Program-made: the position numbers and the translations under genes
From: Octopus sinensis
Taxonomy: Eukaryota
Reading direction: 5' to 3'
DNA: 64,000 nucleotides
Assembly: GCF_006345805.1 (NCBI RefSeq)
Contig: NC_043000.1
Location: forward strand, 58,776,001 to 58,840,000
The notes under the pieces: generated by a model
What the model was told of the DNA's origin: nothing
The model's input: only the letters and a program-made list of their open reading frames with translations
Databases searched by the model: none
Shown: positions 51,683-64,000 of the stretch, in pieces
Layout: each line of letters begins with the position of its first letter
How positions within the stretch are numbered: the stretch's first letter is position 1

Positions 51683-53030
51683 CTGAAAGATAAATTTATA
51701 AACATTTTACTAAAATTGCATGATGTATTCATAAAAACAATGCCCTCTATCATCTAAAAGTAGGCATAAAAATATAAATCTAGGATAAAAGGTATGTATA
51801 TTTATAATCTAAAGAAACTACATAAATTAACAGAAATAACATATGCCAACAATGGAGTTTCTTGTGGTTGCAAAGGAATAGCAAAATAGCAACCAAATCT
51901 ACCATTATTCTTTTTTTAAGAAAAGAGGACAAACTCAATAATGTAATTCTGGATATACCTATGTCTATGAAGATGTCTTTCAACAGAGGGTTTGTTCAAT
52001 CAAGGTTAATCCAAAGTTAAACAACAACAGAAATAACACTAAGAGAAAAAGTTACATTTTGTTTGTTTTATAATTACTCTTCCATTCTAACATCAGCCTA
52101 ACAGATTCTATGAATTGTTGAGGTCTCTTCACTGCTCAACATTCAACAATGGAACAAAGTGACAACTATATCAGTAAAATGATACAACATAAGGTAAATA
52201 GGAACAAGAAAAAAAATACAATTTCTACAGAAAGGCTTGAACTAATATCACTGTATCTAAACATTTATTCTGCTAATATACCTTTCACACTATAGGCTCA
52301 CTTCTAGTAAGTGGCAAGAACTATGAACAATCTGTTTTAATAATATCATCAAAAGTAAAAATTAATTTTTAAAAAATGAAAATCCTCTTAAAAATAAAAC
52401 ATTACAAACAATAAAAGAATAAGGGGACATAACTCTTCAAAATTTTTCTCTGTCAGAAAAAATACATACACAGGCTTTGAAAATATGATTCTACGGGGTT
52501 GGGGTACAGTGACTTAACTAAAATCTTCCTAATATTTTTTTTTTTTTCCTGTCTATCAATCTTCTAAACAATTTCTTTATACGACATTATCCTCATATAT
52601 ACTGACCTTAATTTACACCTAATATTTAAACAACTATTAATACACAACAAATTATGATTCCTCAAATTGTAAGGAAGTAACTGGTCAATGACATCAACAC
52701 CACTATAAGACAGGGTTTATTTTAACAAATTATGTGAAGGATATTACATAAACTCATTCAGAGTGGAATCTGAACTTAGAATGTTCAGTGGGGAAAACTA
52801 AATACTGCAACACATCTATCCCAGTATTTTACCATTACTGCCAACCCAATAAATAACACTAAGAGAAAAAGTTACATTTTGTTTGTTTTATAATTACTCT
52901 TCCATTCTAACATCAGCTTAACAGATTCTATGAATCTGGTTCTAAGACAACCAGTATACTTGGCATGGGCAACCTTAATTGAAAGCGGCACACATGAGAC
53001 AGGGCTCATTACTATCTTTTTATCTTTTAC

Positions 53031-53279
53031 CTTTTACTGGTTTCAGTCATTAGACTGTGGCCATATTGGAGCACTGCTGTGAAAAACTTTTAGTTGAATG
53101 AATCAACCCCAGTAGTTCTGTTGTTATGCCTGGTACTAATTCTATCAGTCTCTTTTAACTGAACCACTAAATTATGGGGACATAAACACACCAATACTAG
53201 TTGTCAAGCAGTGGTAGAGGACAGACACAAAGACACACACGCACGCACACACACACGCACGCACGCACGCACGCACGCA

Positions 53280-53350
<71 letters not shown>

Positions 53351-53492
53351 GAGAGGCCTCTTCCAGTTTCCATCTACCAAATCCACTTTTGTTGGTCTGA
53401 AGCTATAAAAGAAGACACCTTTCCAAAGAGCCATGCAATGGAACTGAACCCAGAACCATGTGGTTGGGAAGCAAGCTTCTTAACACATAGCC
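53031..53492 (-). mobile_element. SINE family A with an expanded (AC)/(GCAC) centre
   Basis: Same body as 5335; accounts for ORFs 53201..53539. Confidence 0.8.
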
Positions 53493-54050
53493 AAACAATT
53501 CAACATAAATTTTCCTTAGCTTTTCAGAGAGTCCTATGAGCTGAAGTTTTCCCATGATTGCTCTACAGAAAAGCTTAGTATTTAAATTCACTCAAATGAC
53601 ACCTTATCAGCTTAAAAAAGAGCACATATTGAACACCATAACCAAGAATTTACAGAAAGATAGGATGGTCATAGCTAGAACACCTTTTATCATAGGATCT
53701 GCTTAATCAGTGCAGAGTTGTGGTAAACAATATATGCCATATATATTATTCATGTTATTAATATTTAGTAAATAAGGCTTCAATTTTTACACACCTCTAT
53801 CAGAAAAAATTGTGATATGCTGCTTATAACCCAGATTTCATATTGCTGATTGGTGGTAAAAAAAACATTTTTATCAAAAGCAACATGCAAGTCTATCCCA
53901 GATTTTATGCTTGAGAAGAGTTTAAACTCATCATGAATGAAACACTATATCAATCATTTCAATAAATTAAACCTAACATAGCCAGCTGAGATTTCCAAAA
54001 GTATAACTGACTTAAACAGAATTCAAAAATACTATTGCAAACATTAGTAC

Positions 54051-54184
54051 CTGCATATTGTTCATGGTGCTGACTTTGAGCAAAATGCTGATATTGCTGT
54101 TGTTGGAATCTTGTTGTAGGGTAAAAGTTACCATGGACAGGATATTGGCTGTTAGGAAACCGTTGACCACTTTGCTGTGGACAT
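54051..54184 (-). CDS. NIPBL: NIPBL exon (CPQQSGQRFPNSQYPVHGNFYPTTRFQQQQYQHFAQSQHHEQYA), phase 2 to 1
   Basis: Acceptor ctaattttacag, donor gtacta; open in the frame required by both neighbours. Confidence 0.75.
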
Positions 54185-55003
54185 CTGTAAAATTAGAAAT
54201 AATAATCAATGCAATAATGAAAATCTTGAACTCGATGTTTTGTTTTCGGTTTTTTTTTTGGGGGGGGGGGGCTTTTTTTTCAGTCATATTTGAATTTAAA
54301 TGTCAAAGATTCTTTTTTATTCAACAGAACAGAAAAATACATTAAAATTTTAATTTAATCTTCCCTGAAAATGAATTAAATGAACTGGGAGTTTCAAGAA
54401 AACGTAATGTAGTTTCTTTTCTTTTCTTTTGTTTTATTTTTAATAAACTGATAAAGCGGTCTAAATATATTTTATTAATGCAGCATGTCTCTACATTCAA
54501 TATATATTGAGAAAATGTAAAAACTATAAGATATATTTCAGTAATCATTTGGTAGGCTACACAACATATGTGTTTGTACATCAAATGTGTAAACTCAAAC
54601 AATACATACTGCATCTATACAGATGCACTATATTTAGCATCTTTTCAAGAAAATTGGACAAATATTTAGAATTTGAATTTTAACACAAATAAACATTTTG
54701 ACAAAACATCAAAAAATTCATACTGTGTAAATAGAAGAGTTGTCTTTGCAGATAATTAATTTTGCCATCTAAAGCAAAATACTTTATATTATCTTCATCA
54801 ATCTTACACATAATAAAGAAAAGGAAAAATTAATCCTAAAGAATAACAAGATTTCTGCTTTGATAACTGTAACATTAAACACACTTAATACATAATAAAA
54901 GTGCATGCTGAATAACTTGATTCAATAAAACTTATTTGATGATGAAAGAAAATCAAAAAGTACCCAAACAAAAAAGTTAATACGTACATTTTAATAAACT
55001 TAC

Positions 55004-55241
55004 CTAGAAGTAGTATTATTTTGATATGATGGAAAACGAGATGAATGATAAAGTGACAAAGGCTGGGGTTGTCTAGGCTGATGTTGGTGATGATACTGCT
55101 GTTGTTGCTGCTGCTGCTGTTGTGGTTGTTGCTGTTGTTGTTGTTGTGGTGGTTGGTGTTGTTGTGGGGAAGGGGGTGGTGGTTGCTGCTGGGGATAACT
55201 TGAAGACCGTTGCTGTGATAAGCTTTGACGGGTCTGTCTGC
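55004..55241 (-). CDS. NIPBL: NIPBL exon, Q/P-rich N-terminal region (RQTRQSLSQQ...Q7PQ9...YQNNTTS), phase 1 to 2
   Basis: Acceptor ttttgatcttatag, donor gtaagt, open frame; phase fits the 54184 exon. Confidence 0.75.
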
Positions 55242-55637
55242 CTATAAGATCAAAAACATACAAAGAAATGAATAGAACGTATCCATTTAGCATTAAATAT
55301 CTAAAATGTTTAAAATATTGTTGTAATAGAATTTAGTATTTGCGCAATCAAATAATATAGTCTCAAAACAATCTGACATATCCAGGAAATAGCACATTTG
55401 TTAATAACTTGATATAATATTTGATAAAAACTGTAAAAATGATGTAAATTATTTTCACAAGTATTAAATTAGTTCAGTAACTATATAACAACATCAAAAT
55501 AAAATTATTTGTTGCTAGCATATAAACTTAAAGGTTATAATTAAAATATAAATTAGAAGTCAAAACCCTTCTTTTAGTGTCTAATGAATTCTTACCCCCA
55601 CCCCCACCCCTTTTATAATTACTATCTTAATACATAT

Positions 55638-55938
55638 GTGGAGGTGCAATGGCCCAGTAGTTAGGGCAGCGGACTCGCGGTCGTAGGATTGCAGTTTCAA
55701 TTCCCAGACCGGGCGTTGTGAGTGTTTATTGAGCGAAAACGCCTAAAGCTCCACGAGGCTCCAGCAGAGGGTGGTGACAATCCCTGCTGTACTATTTTGC
55801 CACAACTTTCTCTTACTCTTTCTTCTGTTGGCCTGCTCGCTTAGCCAGCGGGGTGGCATCATTTGAAGACTAAAACAATGCGAAGCATTGTGACCAGCGA
55901 TATGTAGCAACATCTGACAGTCTGGTCAGTCACAGTGG
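55638..55938 (+). mobile_element. tRNA-derived SINE family C with a perfect 13-bp TSD
   Basis: TSD tcttaatacatat at 55625-37 and 55939-51; head with A-box-like tggcccagtagtt and B-box-like gtttcaattcc. Confidence 0.85.
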
Positions 55939-57123
55939 TCTTAATACATATATAAGTGAATATATGTAAGTGTATTCCAAGTTGTAGGCTACAGTAACTG
56001 AAATGTTGAATAAGAGCACATCAAGGAGAATGTCATAGGTTGTGTGACTTTATGTGTGTGCTCCTGTTTCCCTGTCATACTTCAACTTCTTATCACCTGG
56101 TACAAAGCATCTTCCTTCAACAGTATTCCCCCTCCTCAGTTGAAGGATTCTGCATCCAGTGTACTCTGTAAAGTAGTTGATGTTAGGGAAGGACATCCAA
56201 CTGAAGAAACTTTATCAAAGCAGACACTGGAGCTTGGCAGTCTTCTGATTCACCAGCGCCTGTTAGACTGTCAAATCCATGTCAGCACAGAAAATAGATG
56301 TTAAATGATAAATGGCAATGAGCCATCCTTGAACTAATGAAGACACCATAGTTTGTAACAACCCTTTAGTCTTGAGGAGCACAAGGCAGCCTCAATAGTG
56401 CTGGAATCACAGTAAAATGCACTCAGTACACTCTGCAAAGTGATTAGCAAACAAAGGCAAGAATAAAGAGAAGCACTTCATTTGTCCAAAAACACAACAC
56501 GCCTGAGCTGGTGCTATGATAAAATACAGCCAGTGCCCTTTGTGATGTGGTTGGTATTAAGAAAGGCATCCAACAATGAAAAGCATGCCAAAAACGGAAT
56601 ATTTTGAGCAAGATGTGTCCCTCCAACCTATTTAGGAAAGGATAACTCTGAATAAAGACTTGGATCTTGACAACATAACAAACTTATGTCAGGATGGAAA
56701 GGTGTAGTGATGGTAGTTATTGTGATGAAATAAACTTCTTGTAAAATATTCTATAAAGAAACTGAATATACATTTTGATATATTTTATATGCTTCGTTTT
56801 TCTCTTAAATAACTAAAAGGTATTGGTCAGTTTAAATATTTTATTAGATAAATTTTTTTAATAATGTAACACAAAAACTGCAACTATTTTTTGCTGGAAA
56901 CTGATAAAAAGAAAGATTAACAAACAGCTTTGCATATGCAATTTATGCTTCTTCTTTCTTGAAACCTAAAAACGAAGTTAATTAGAAACATCAAATTAAA
57001 AAGTATTAGAAATATTACAGAATGGTTCAAATTTAATTACAAGTCATAGAGTTAAGCAACATGGTCAAATTTGCAACTCATCACATACATTCATAATGAA
57101 AACTTAACTTTAATTCAATGTTT

Positions 57124-57555
57124 GGTACTTTTTGGTTCTCTCCCCAATTAAAAAATTGAGTTATCTCCCCATCATTTTACGAGAAATATCGATACTTTTG
57201 GTTATCTCCAACTAAAAAAATTGTTTAACACTCAATAAAACCCAAAAAAAATTTTTTAATTAATAAACATAAAAAGTGAAAAAAATTAAACATCGTTTTG
57301 AAACTGATATTTTTATGACAAAAACAAAACTGAAAAATTAAACATCTTACTGAATCTGATAATATTTTTATAACAAATCATACCATTCCTAATGAGGAGA
57401 CCAAACATCAACAATGTGTTGAAGTATTGAATCAAAAGAATCTAACTCTTTTAATCCAATCTCTTGTCACCACATTAACTCAATTTTTTAGTGGGGAAAT
57501 AACCCAATTTTTTAATGGCAACTTTTTAATGGGGGTGAGATAACCAAAAAGTACC
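57124..57555. mobile_element. MITE with GGTAC termini and 8-bp TSD (Merlin-like)
   Basis: TIR GGTACTTTTTGGTT[C/A]TCTC matches 18/19; TSD caatgttt / caatggtt; subterminal repeats. Confidence 0.75.
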
Positions 57556-58520
57556 CAATGGTTTTGTCATGAAATACGTTGTACACCTTTTAGAGACCCT
57601 TATGAGACTGCTCAAACTGGTAGAAATGGTAGCAAAATCTCCCTTAAATCACAACTTACTTTCTTTAACATAAAAAAAAAAGTGATCAGTTTACATAGTT
57701 CTAGATATATTATGACTGAAATAGAAGATAAAATGGTCATAGGCAAAATCTTTTTCAGGGCAACTTACTCAGGGTTGGCTTGCAACTTAACATAACAATC
57801 AAAATAGATTTGTAGCATCTCAAAATATAATCTTATAAAATAAATTTTATTACAATATTTGTAATTAGAAAAATACATTTATAAAAAAAAATGAGATAAA
57901 AAAAAATTATCTCGGGAGATGGGGTGGGGAGAGAAAATGATATATATACAAATTTGTGAAAACTGATTCCCCAAAACAAATTCTGCTAGAAAGAATGTTT
58001 TAACCAAAAATAAAAAGTCATGACATCCATCTCTTGAAAGTGTGAAAGTCAATCATCCAAGATAAGAATATAGAGGGAGATAACTAAATTTTGAAAACTA
58101 TTTGGGATAGGCATCTTAAGTAAATCACCCTGACCCAAACCAGTACTTGACCCTGGACAGATGCAAGTTAAAGTCAACTTAGAGAGCATTTAAACTCAGA
58201 AAATCTAAGGATCTAAATAAATACCATGAGGCAAAAATGTGTAGAACTCTTTCATGTGTTACTGATTCTACCACCAACCATCCTCTTAATAGAATTTTCT
58301 AACCAAAGCACAAGGCCACAAATCTGAAAGAGAGTTAGTTGATGAAATTAACAGCAGGACTTGACTGGTACTTTATTTTTTATTAACCCTACAAAGACAG
58401 GAGGCAAAACTGACCTCAATAGGATATGAACTCAGACCATAAAAAGCCAAAACAAATTTTGCAAAACATTTTTTTTCCAATATTAGAAATTCTGCCAGTA
58501 TACTGTCATTACCATCTTAA

Positions 58521-58740
58521 TCCTTACGTTACTGTATTTATTTTGAGATGTTCTGTATTTCTTTCAATTACTTTAAATATAACAAAGAATTTAATAAAAT
58601 AACTTAGTTATCACTCAGCTGGTGTTAGGAACATAAATTGTGGCTAAGGTTTGGTGGAAGATTTTAATTCAAAACTTATGAAAACTAGACATTTGTACTC
58701 AGAGCCAGAGCCGGTTTCAGTCGGGATGGTATCAAAAGGG
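58521..58740. mobile_element. Probable piggyBac-like MITE, second family
   Basis: TTAA on both sides; right end AAAAGGG; degenerate left TIR tccttacgtta. Confidence 0.5.
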
Positions 58741-58929
58741 TTAATAGCAATAATAATTTCTTACAAGGCTTTAGCTACATGCTACTCCTGTTGCAGTGAG
58801 GGTGATGCCCCCCCCCTCCCCCCAAAAAAAAACCATCACACAGTTCCCCACAAAGTAAGCAGCATGCAACTAAAGCCTTCACAACAGTTCCATATGTTAG
58901 GCCTCACTACCACTGAGGATTTCTCACAG

Positions 58930-59495
58930 CAAAAGCATATATTAATCATAGCTAAAACTGCATCCCAACAACTAGCCTCTCTCTTCAGGGCCAGAAAACA
59001 ATTATTCACCTTCTATAAAGCTCGTGTGGAACACACAATGGTGTGTGTTGCCCACATCTGGAATGATGCTACTGCTGCACATGCAGACACCCTAGACTAT
59101 ATCTAGAAGAGGGTTACTTAATTTGTGTAAAGTCACTAAAAGATATGCACCAGTTTCTGGTCTACAACTATCTCCTCCCTCCCTCTCTCTCTCTCTCTCC
59201 CCTATTGGTACAATACTCCTCAGAACTAGCTGTGCTCATGCCACTTACTCACTTCCCGGCCTTATCATCTCTACTTCTCTCATCACTCTCATTATGCTCA
59301 CTCCCATCTTCCTCAACCCATACTGATCACTACGCCTTATCTGTCCTTCCCAAAACATCAATGTCGTGAAACTCCCTACTCTCCTGCAGGTATTGACTAG
59401 TAATCGTGCAGGAAGAACATTAATGGCTTCAATCGCACCAGCCTTAGAAGGCTTGCAAAGGCATTGGACACTTCCTTCCTCCAGGCGCAGTAAAC
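58930..59495 (+). mobile_element. CR1/L2-type LINE 3' fragment (RT C-terminus)
   Basis: QLFTFYKARVEHTMVCVAHIWNDA...LDYI*KR resembles LYK...EYCSHIW...LD.IQ.RA. Confidence 0.65.
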
Positions 59496-61659
59496 ATGCA
59501 CATGCACGCGCGCGCGCGAACACACACACACACTTTAACACCTAAATATGACTGACACTTAACTCTCAGAAGGATGGAATACATGATAAATCTTAGCAAG
59601 ATCTTAATGATGGTGATAATTTCTAGCATAAGCACAAGACTAGAAATTTTGGGTGGAGTGAATTAGGGTGGGGGTTTAGTTGATAAATCATTCCCAGTAC
59701 TTGACAGGCACTTTATTTTACTGACCCTGCAGAGATGAAATGCAAAATTGATGTCAGCATGATTTGAACTTGAAGTGTGAAGATCAAGAACAAATACTGC
59801 AGGGATTTATTTGGATCAACACTCTGCGAAATTTTTTTAAATAGTAGCAAAAAAAGCACCAGTTCTTTTTCTTCCCCCCACCCTGCTTCCCCACTTTTTT
59901 TTTTTTTTTTAGACAGGAGTGGAGCACTTCAGGAACACCAATAAATATAAAAGAGAACCTAAGAATGAAGAAACAGAGAAATACCAAATTAAGTGATGGT
60001 TAAGTTCTCACTGATGAGATCTAGCATAACATTTTTAAAGTGTTGAGGAACAATGTAACAACTTAGGCAAAAACGAATGATTTAATATATCAAACATACT
60101 AAATCCATTACAAATAATGAACAATCAAATAGCACTTTTTTTTTTATTCATTTATTTTTTACTGCTCATTTTGCATTCATCATTTTATGTGACCTTGCTA
60201 CTCATATTTGGTTCACTTGAAGTAGGTGTTTTTTTTTTCTTTGGACTTTATGTGTCAAGGATAAAAACATGATGGTCTTTTCTTTTTTTGCACGAACGTC
60301 ATAATATTAGACATGAATTAATTTATCTAATTTATTTAAATTAGCAGCAAGTTTTTAACTCATTCAAAATTTGAATCTTGGGACTTGAAAATATAAACCT
60401 CTATTTGACTATGTGAAAAGTTGTGAATAAACAGAAGTTTCTATTATCAGATCTTCATACTTTCTACAATGTTCTTCCATTCCAATTAAGTAAGCCTTTG
60501 TTAGATTTTAGCCATGTAACTAAAATAGATCATTCATGTAGAAACATGAAAGTGCATATGATTAGTAATTTAAAAATAACTACTGTTTTAGTTTTCACAA
60601 TCTTTACTAGGTTTTCAAATCCCTTGACATTGTCCATAAATTGATGGGATAATTTGTTTCAAACATTTTTCATACTTTTTCTCTCAATATTTGCTCCAGA
60701 TTCCTTTTATTTTTACTGCATATGGTAGAGCATTAAATGATTTCCAAAATTCTTTTAATGTTAGGTAGCCTTATCAATAATTAATTTATCAAATGTGTGC
60801 CAAAGATGTAGTCTATTAATTGCACAAGTAGTGTGTGGGGGGAGGGGTTGCATAAACATTAATCTAACATTTGGGTGTTACTGAAATTGTGGATCACATG
60901 TACGCTAAAGAAGTACATTATCTATTATTATCAATAGTACATGAAATGGAATATTTTTTTTGCAAAAACCAATCTCCAAAACAATAAACCCAAGTATATT
61001 TATTATAAACAGTAAATGGTTCTGCATAGTTACCTGCTTTCTACTATTCATCATCTGAAGCATGGATCAGAATTAATCACAAGGAGCAATCTTTTTAATA
61101 GATATGTTTATTTATTGTAATTAATCAGCTGCCATAGTGATAAATGCAAAGATTAAGGATGATCACATCTGTATGATATATCCTCATACATGCAAGGACT
61201 ACACAACTACAATTTCATTCAAATATTTCCTGAACCCATAAATATCATAGATAATGTTGAGTAGCCAAAAGAAAATTTTTAAGTTAAATTTTTAGTGGGT
61301 TTTTCCCTACATTTTTTGTCCTTTTATAATTTTGTTTCAAAAGCTACTGCTTTACGTTTTATGTTACTGATAGCATTTACCAACATTCTATTCTTTCTTT
61401 TTGGTAAATTGGAAGAGGAAACTAATTCCAAAGTATTACATAACAGAAAGATTGTCAACAAAGTATACACATACTATGTCAATAGGCTAACTGACTGAAT
61501 TAACCAATAAACACAAAGGCACATCATTATGTCCTTAATCAATTCCAGTATACATCAATAACAGTAATTAAATATAAAGGATTGAGAACAGATACCTGGA
61601 ATGTAGGGATTGAAAACAAACAATCTTCATAATAATAGGTGCTTTTGGAAATACTAAAG

Positions 61660-61978
61660 ATCATCATCATCGTTTAAACGTCCGCTTTCCATGCTAGCAT
61701 GGGTTGGACAATTTGACTGAGGTCTGGTGAACCAGATGGCTGCACCAGACTCCAATCTGATCTGGCAGAGTTTCTACAGCTTGATGCCCTTCCTAACGCC
61801 AACCACTTTGAGTGTGTAGTGGGTGCTTTTACGTGCCACCGGCACGAGGGCCAGTCAGGCGGTACTGGCAGCGGCCATGCTCAAATGGTGCTTTTTATGT
61901 GCCACCTGCACAGGAGCCAGTCCAGTGGCACTGGCAAAGACCTTGCTCGAATGTTTTTCACATGCCACCAGCACAAGT
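61660..61978 (-). mobile_element. Inverted copy of the RTE 3' tail
   Basis: Reverse complement of about 62440..62772, including the (GAT)n tail. Confidence 0.8.
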
Positions 61979-61984
61979 GGATGT

Positions 61985-62772
61985 GTAATGTCAGTGTTCA
62001 TACTCGACAGAGTGTAAATACCTTGAGAGAAATACCTTGGACCTAAGAAGCATCAGTTGTAGTGTGCAAGAGAGATGACTGCGCTGGTATGGTCATGTGG
62101 CGAGAATGGATGAAGATAGGTGTGTGAAAAAGTGCCACACCCTAGCGGTTGAGGGAACCTGTGGAAAAGGTAGACCCAGGAAAACCTGGGACGAGGTGGT
62201 GAAGCACGATCTTCAAACATTAGGTCTCACCAAGGCAATGACTAGTGACTGAGGCCTTTGGAAATATGCTGTGCGTGAGAAGACCTGGCAGGACAAATGA
62301 GACCATAACCCGTGGCCTTTACTTGGGATGTAGCCAGTCCACTTATGCATACCTTTCCATCTTTGGACACAAAACTCTGCTTGTGAAGACCTATTGAGGC
62401 AAGTGAAATCGAAATCAATCAAAAAATCAATGGAAACTATAGTTGTGATACCAGTGCCGGCGGCATGTAAAAAGTACCATCCGAACGTGGCCATTGCCAG
62501 TGCCGCCTCAACTGGCTTCCGTGCCGGTGGCACATAAAAAGCACCAACCGATCATGGCCATTGCCAGCCTTGCCTAGCACCTGTGCCACGTAAAAAGCAC
62601 CCACTACACTCACGGAGTGGTTGGCGTTAGGAAGGGCACCCAGCTGTAGAAACACTGCCAGATCAGACTGGAGCCTGGTGCAGCCTCCTGGCTTCCCAGA
62701 CCCCAGTCGAACCGTCCAACCCATGCTAGCATGGAAAATGGACGTTAGACGACGATGATGATGATGATGATG
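61985..62772 (+). mobile_element. RTE LINE 3' end with 3'UTR and (GAT)n tail
   Basis: LRWYGHVARMDEDRCVKK...GKGRPRKTWDEVVKHDLQTLGL, typical of an RTE ORF C-terminus. Confidence 0.85.
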
Positions 62773-63210
62773 TGTATTTTGTATTTTGATTATAATTGTA
62801 TTTTGTCAGTCATTATATCCATGTTTACTTTTGTCTGTAAACTACTGAGAATGATGCATCATTTTGTGTATGCATTCTCATAGTGAGTTAGACAGGATCT
62901 AATGAAGGACTTATTCAAAAAATCACTTGAGGGGGTGCATTTTACACCTTGGACAGATGATAATGATTACACAACATTTCGCCAATGTGTGACGGGGGAC
63001 AATGTGTAGAAACAATTGTAGTGGTTTAAATAAAGAATGTCGTTCATTCCATTTTCTATCACACACACACACATATAATTGTGATGAACCATAACTTAGA
63101 ACCCTACCCAAAAATTACTTAGAGTTCTTCACTAATCTAATTTTGTTAGCCTGGTGTGCCATCAGAGAGTTTATGAAGTATTTTGCCCAGGCTGATAAAC
63201 CCTCCCTATT

Positions 63211-63248
<38 letters not shown>

Positions 63249-64000
63249 GCATGCACACGCACACAGGCATTTAAGCTATACCAAACGATAATTAAAATAT
63301 ATCAGTTATAAAATGTTTAGTTCTGACCAATGATTGAAAAATGACCTGAAAAAGTAATATATCAAAGCGATAATCTAGAAGAGGGAAAATAAATCCTAAA
63401 GATGTGAAAAAGGAGAAAGTGAATGTAAGAATGGATGTTCTATTCCCACATTCATTTTTCCCAAAGTACTTTCTTTTTTTTTCTTTTTCTACAATAAAAT
63501 ATTTCAAGGTAAAATGTATATTAGAAGACTATATCAAGTCTGTTCCATCTACAAGTCATGAGATGGTATTAAATATAAAAGCTAAAATGATAAAACCAAT
63601 GACTGATATAAAATTATAAAAAAAGAACAAGATGATATAAAAATACATCAAGACCACAAGAACTATAGTTCACACAAAACATTGTAGTACATCAAGAACA
63701 GGTATAAGAAATAAATTAAAAAAGATTAAATGAAGATTTGCATATTCTTGTTCTACTATGAAAAGATTAAATATGTTTTAAGTCATAAATTTTTCAAAAT
63801 AGCAAAATAAAAATAGTAACTAAAGATTTCAAAATATTCCTAAATCAAGCTTAGTTATGTAGATAATGCATGATTATCCCATTTGAGTTGCCTTGAAAGT
63901 GACAAAAATTACAGATCATAATCAAAGCAAAAATTCTATTTTCCCATTTGCAGATAGGAACCTTGACAATATATAAAAGATATTATTCTCAAAAGATGCC

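Larger units (their letters stand above)
1283..55241 (-). other. NIPBL: NIPBL (Nipped-B-like cohesin loader) gene body, partial at both ends; 31 coding exons
   Basis: Exons join in frame through GT-AG introns. Peptides such as FENFVQDLLSTVNKPEWPASELLLSLLGRIL, VRTKAMKCLSAVVEADPSILAR and DTGISVRKRVIKI match the NIPBL/Scc2 HEAT region as recalled. Confidence 0.97.

Noticed and set aside
61033-61053. 21-nt candidate exon (MMNSRKQ) with cag|gtaact
   Set aside because: Phase 0-0, but the exon at 55241 needs a phase-1 partner; no NIPBL N-terminal similarity
55242-64000. Search for the conserved NIPBL N-terminus (MNG...ITTLAGI) and a promoter
   Set aside because: Not found; it presumably lies beyond the right edge
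1-64000. CRISPR arrays, operons or other prokaryotic systems
   Set aside because: Intron-exon eukaryotic DNA with no regularly spaced repeat-spacer arrays

Overview
AT-rich metazoan genomic DNA. The SINE, RTE and MITE repertoire looks like an octopus or other coleoid cephalopod (inference). The window lies inside one large minus-strand gene, the cohesin loader NIPBL (Nipped-B/Scc2), and both ends of the gene are outside the window. I reconstructed by hand 31 GT-AG coding exons from 55241 down to 1283 (3993 nt, about 1330 codons) that join in frame with consistent phases. They cover a Q/P/H-rich N-terminal region with polyQ tracts and an AT-hook-like RRGRPP, an HP1-type PxVxL motif, a basic NLS-like patch and the conserved HEAT-repeat region. 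Four exons of 31-51 nt are in-frame micro-exons not annotated as such in the ORF track. The introns are full of mobile-element remnants: mariner, a full-length decayed Tigger/pogo, Penelope GIY-YIG, RTE and CR1/L2-type LINE fragments, three tRNA-derived SINE families, piggyBac-like and Merlin-like MITEs, a non-autonomous Helitron and a ~540-bp foldback element with a hammerhead-like core. There are also many microsatellites. Most ORF-track entries are spurious or TE/microsatellite-derived. I found no prokaryote-type system. The most notable signals are the micro-exon cluster next to the PxVxL motif, the N-terminal motifs and the long intronic dsRNA-forming elements. Comparisons with human NIPBL are from memory, and identities are estimated by eye.
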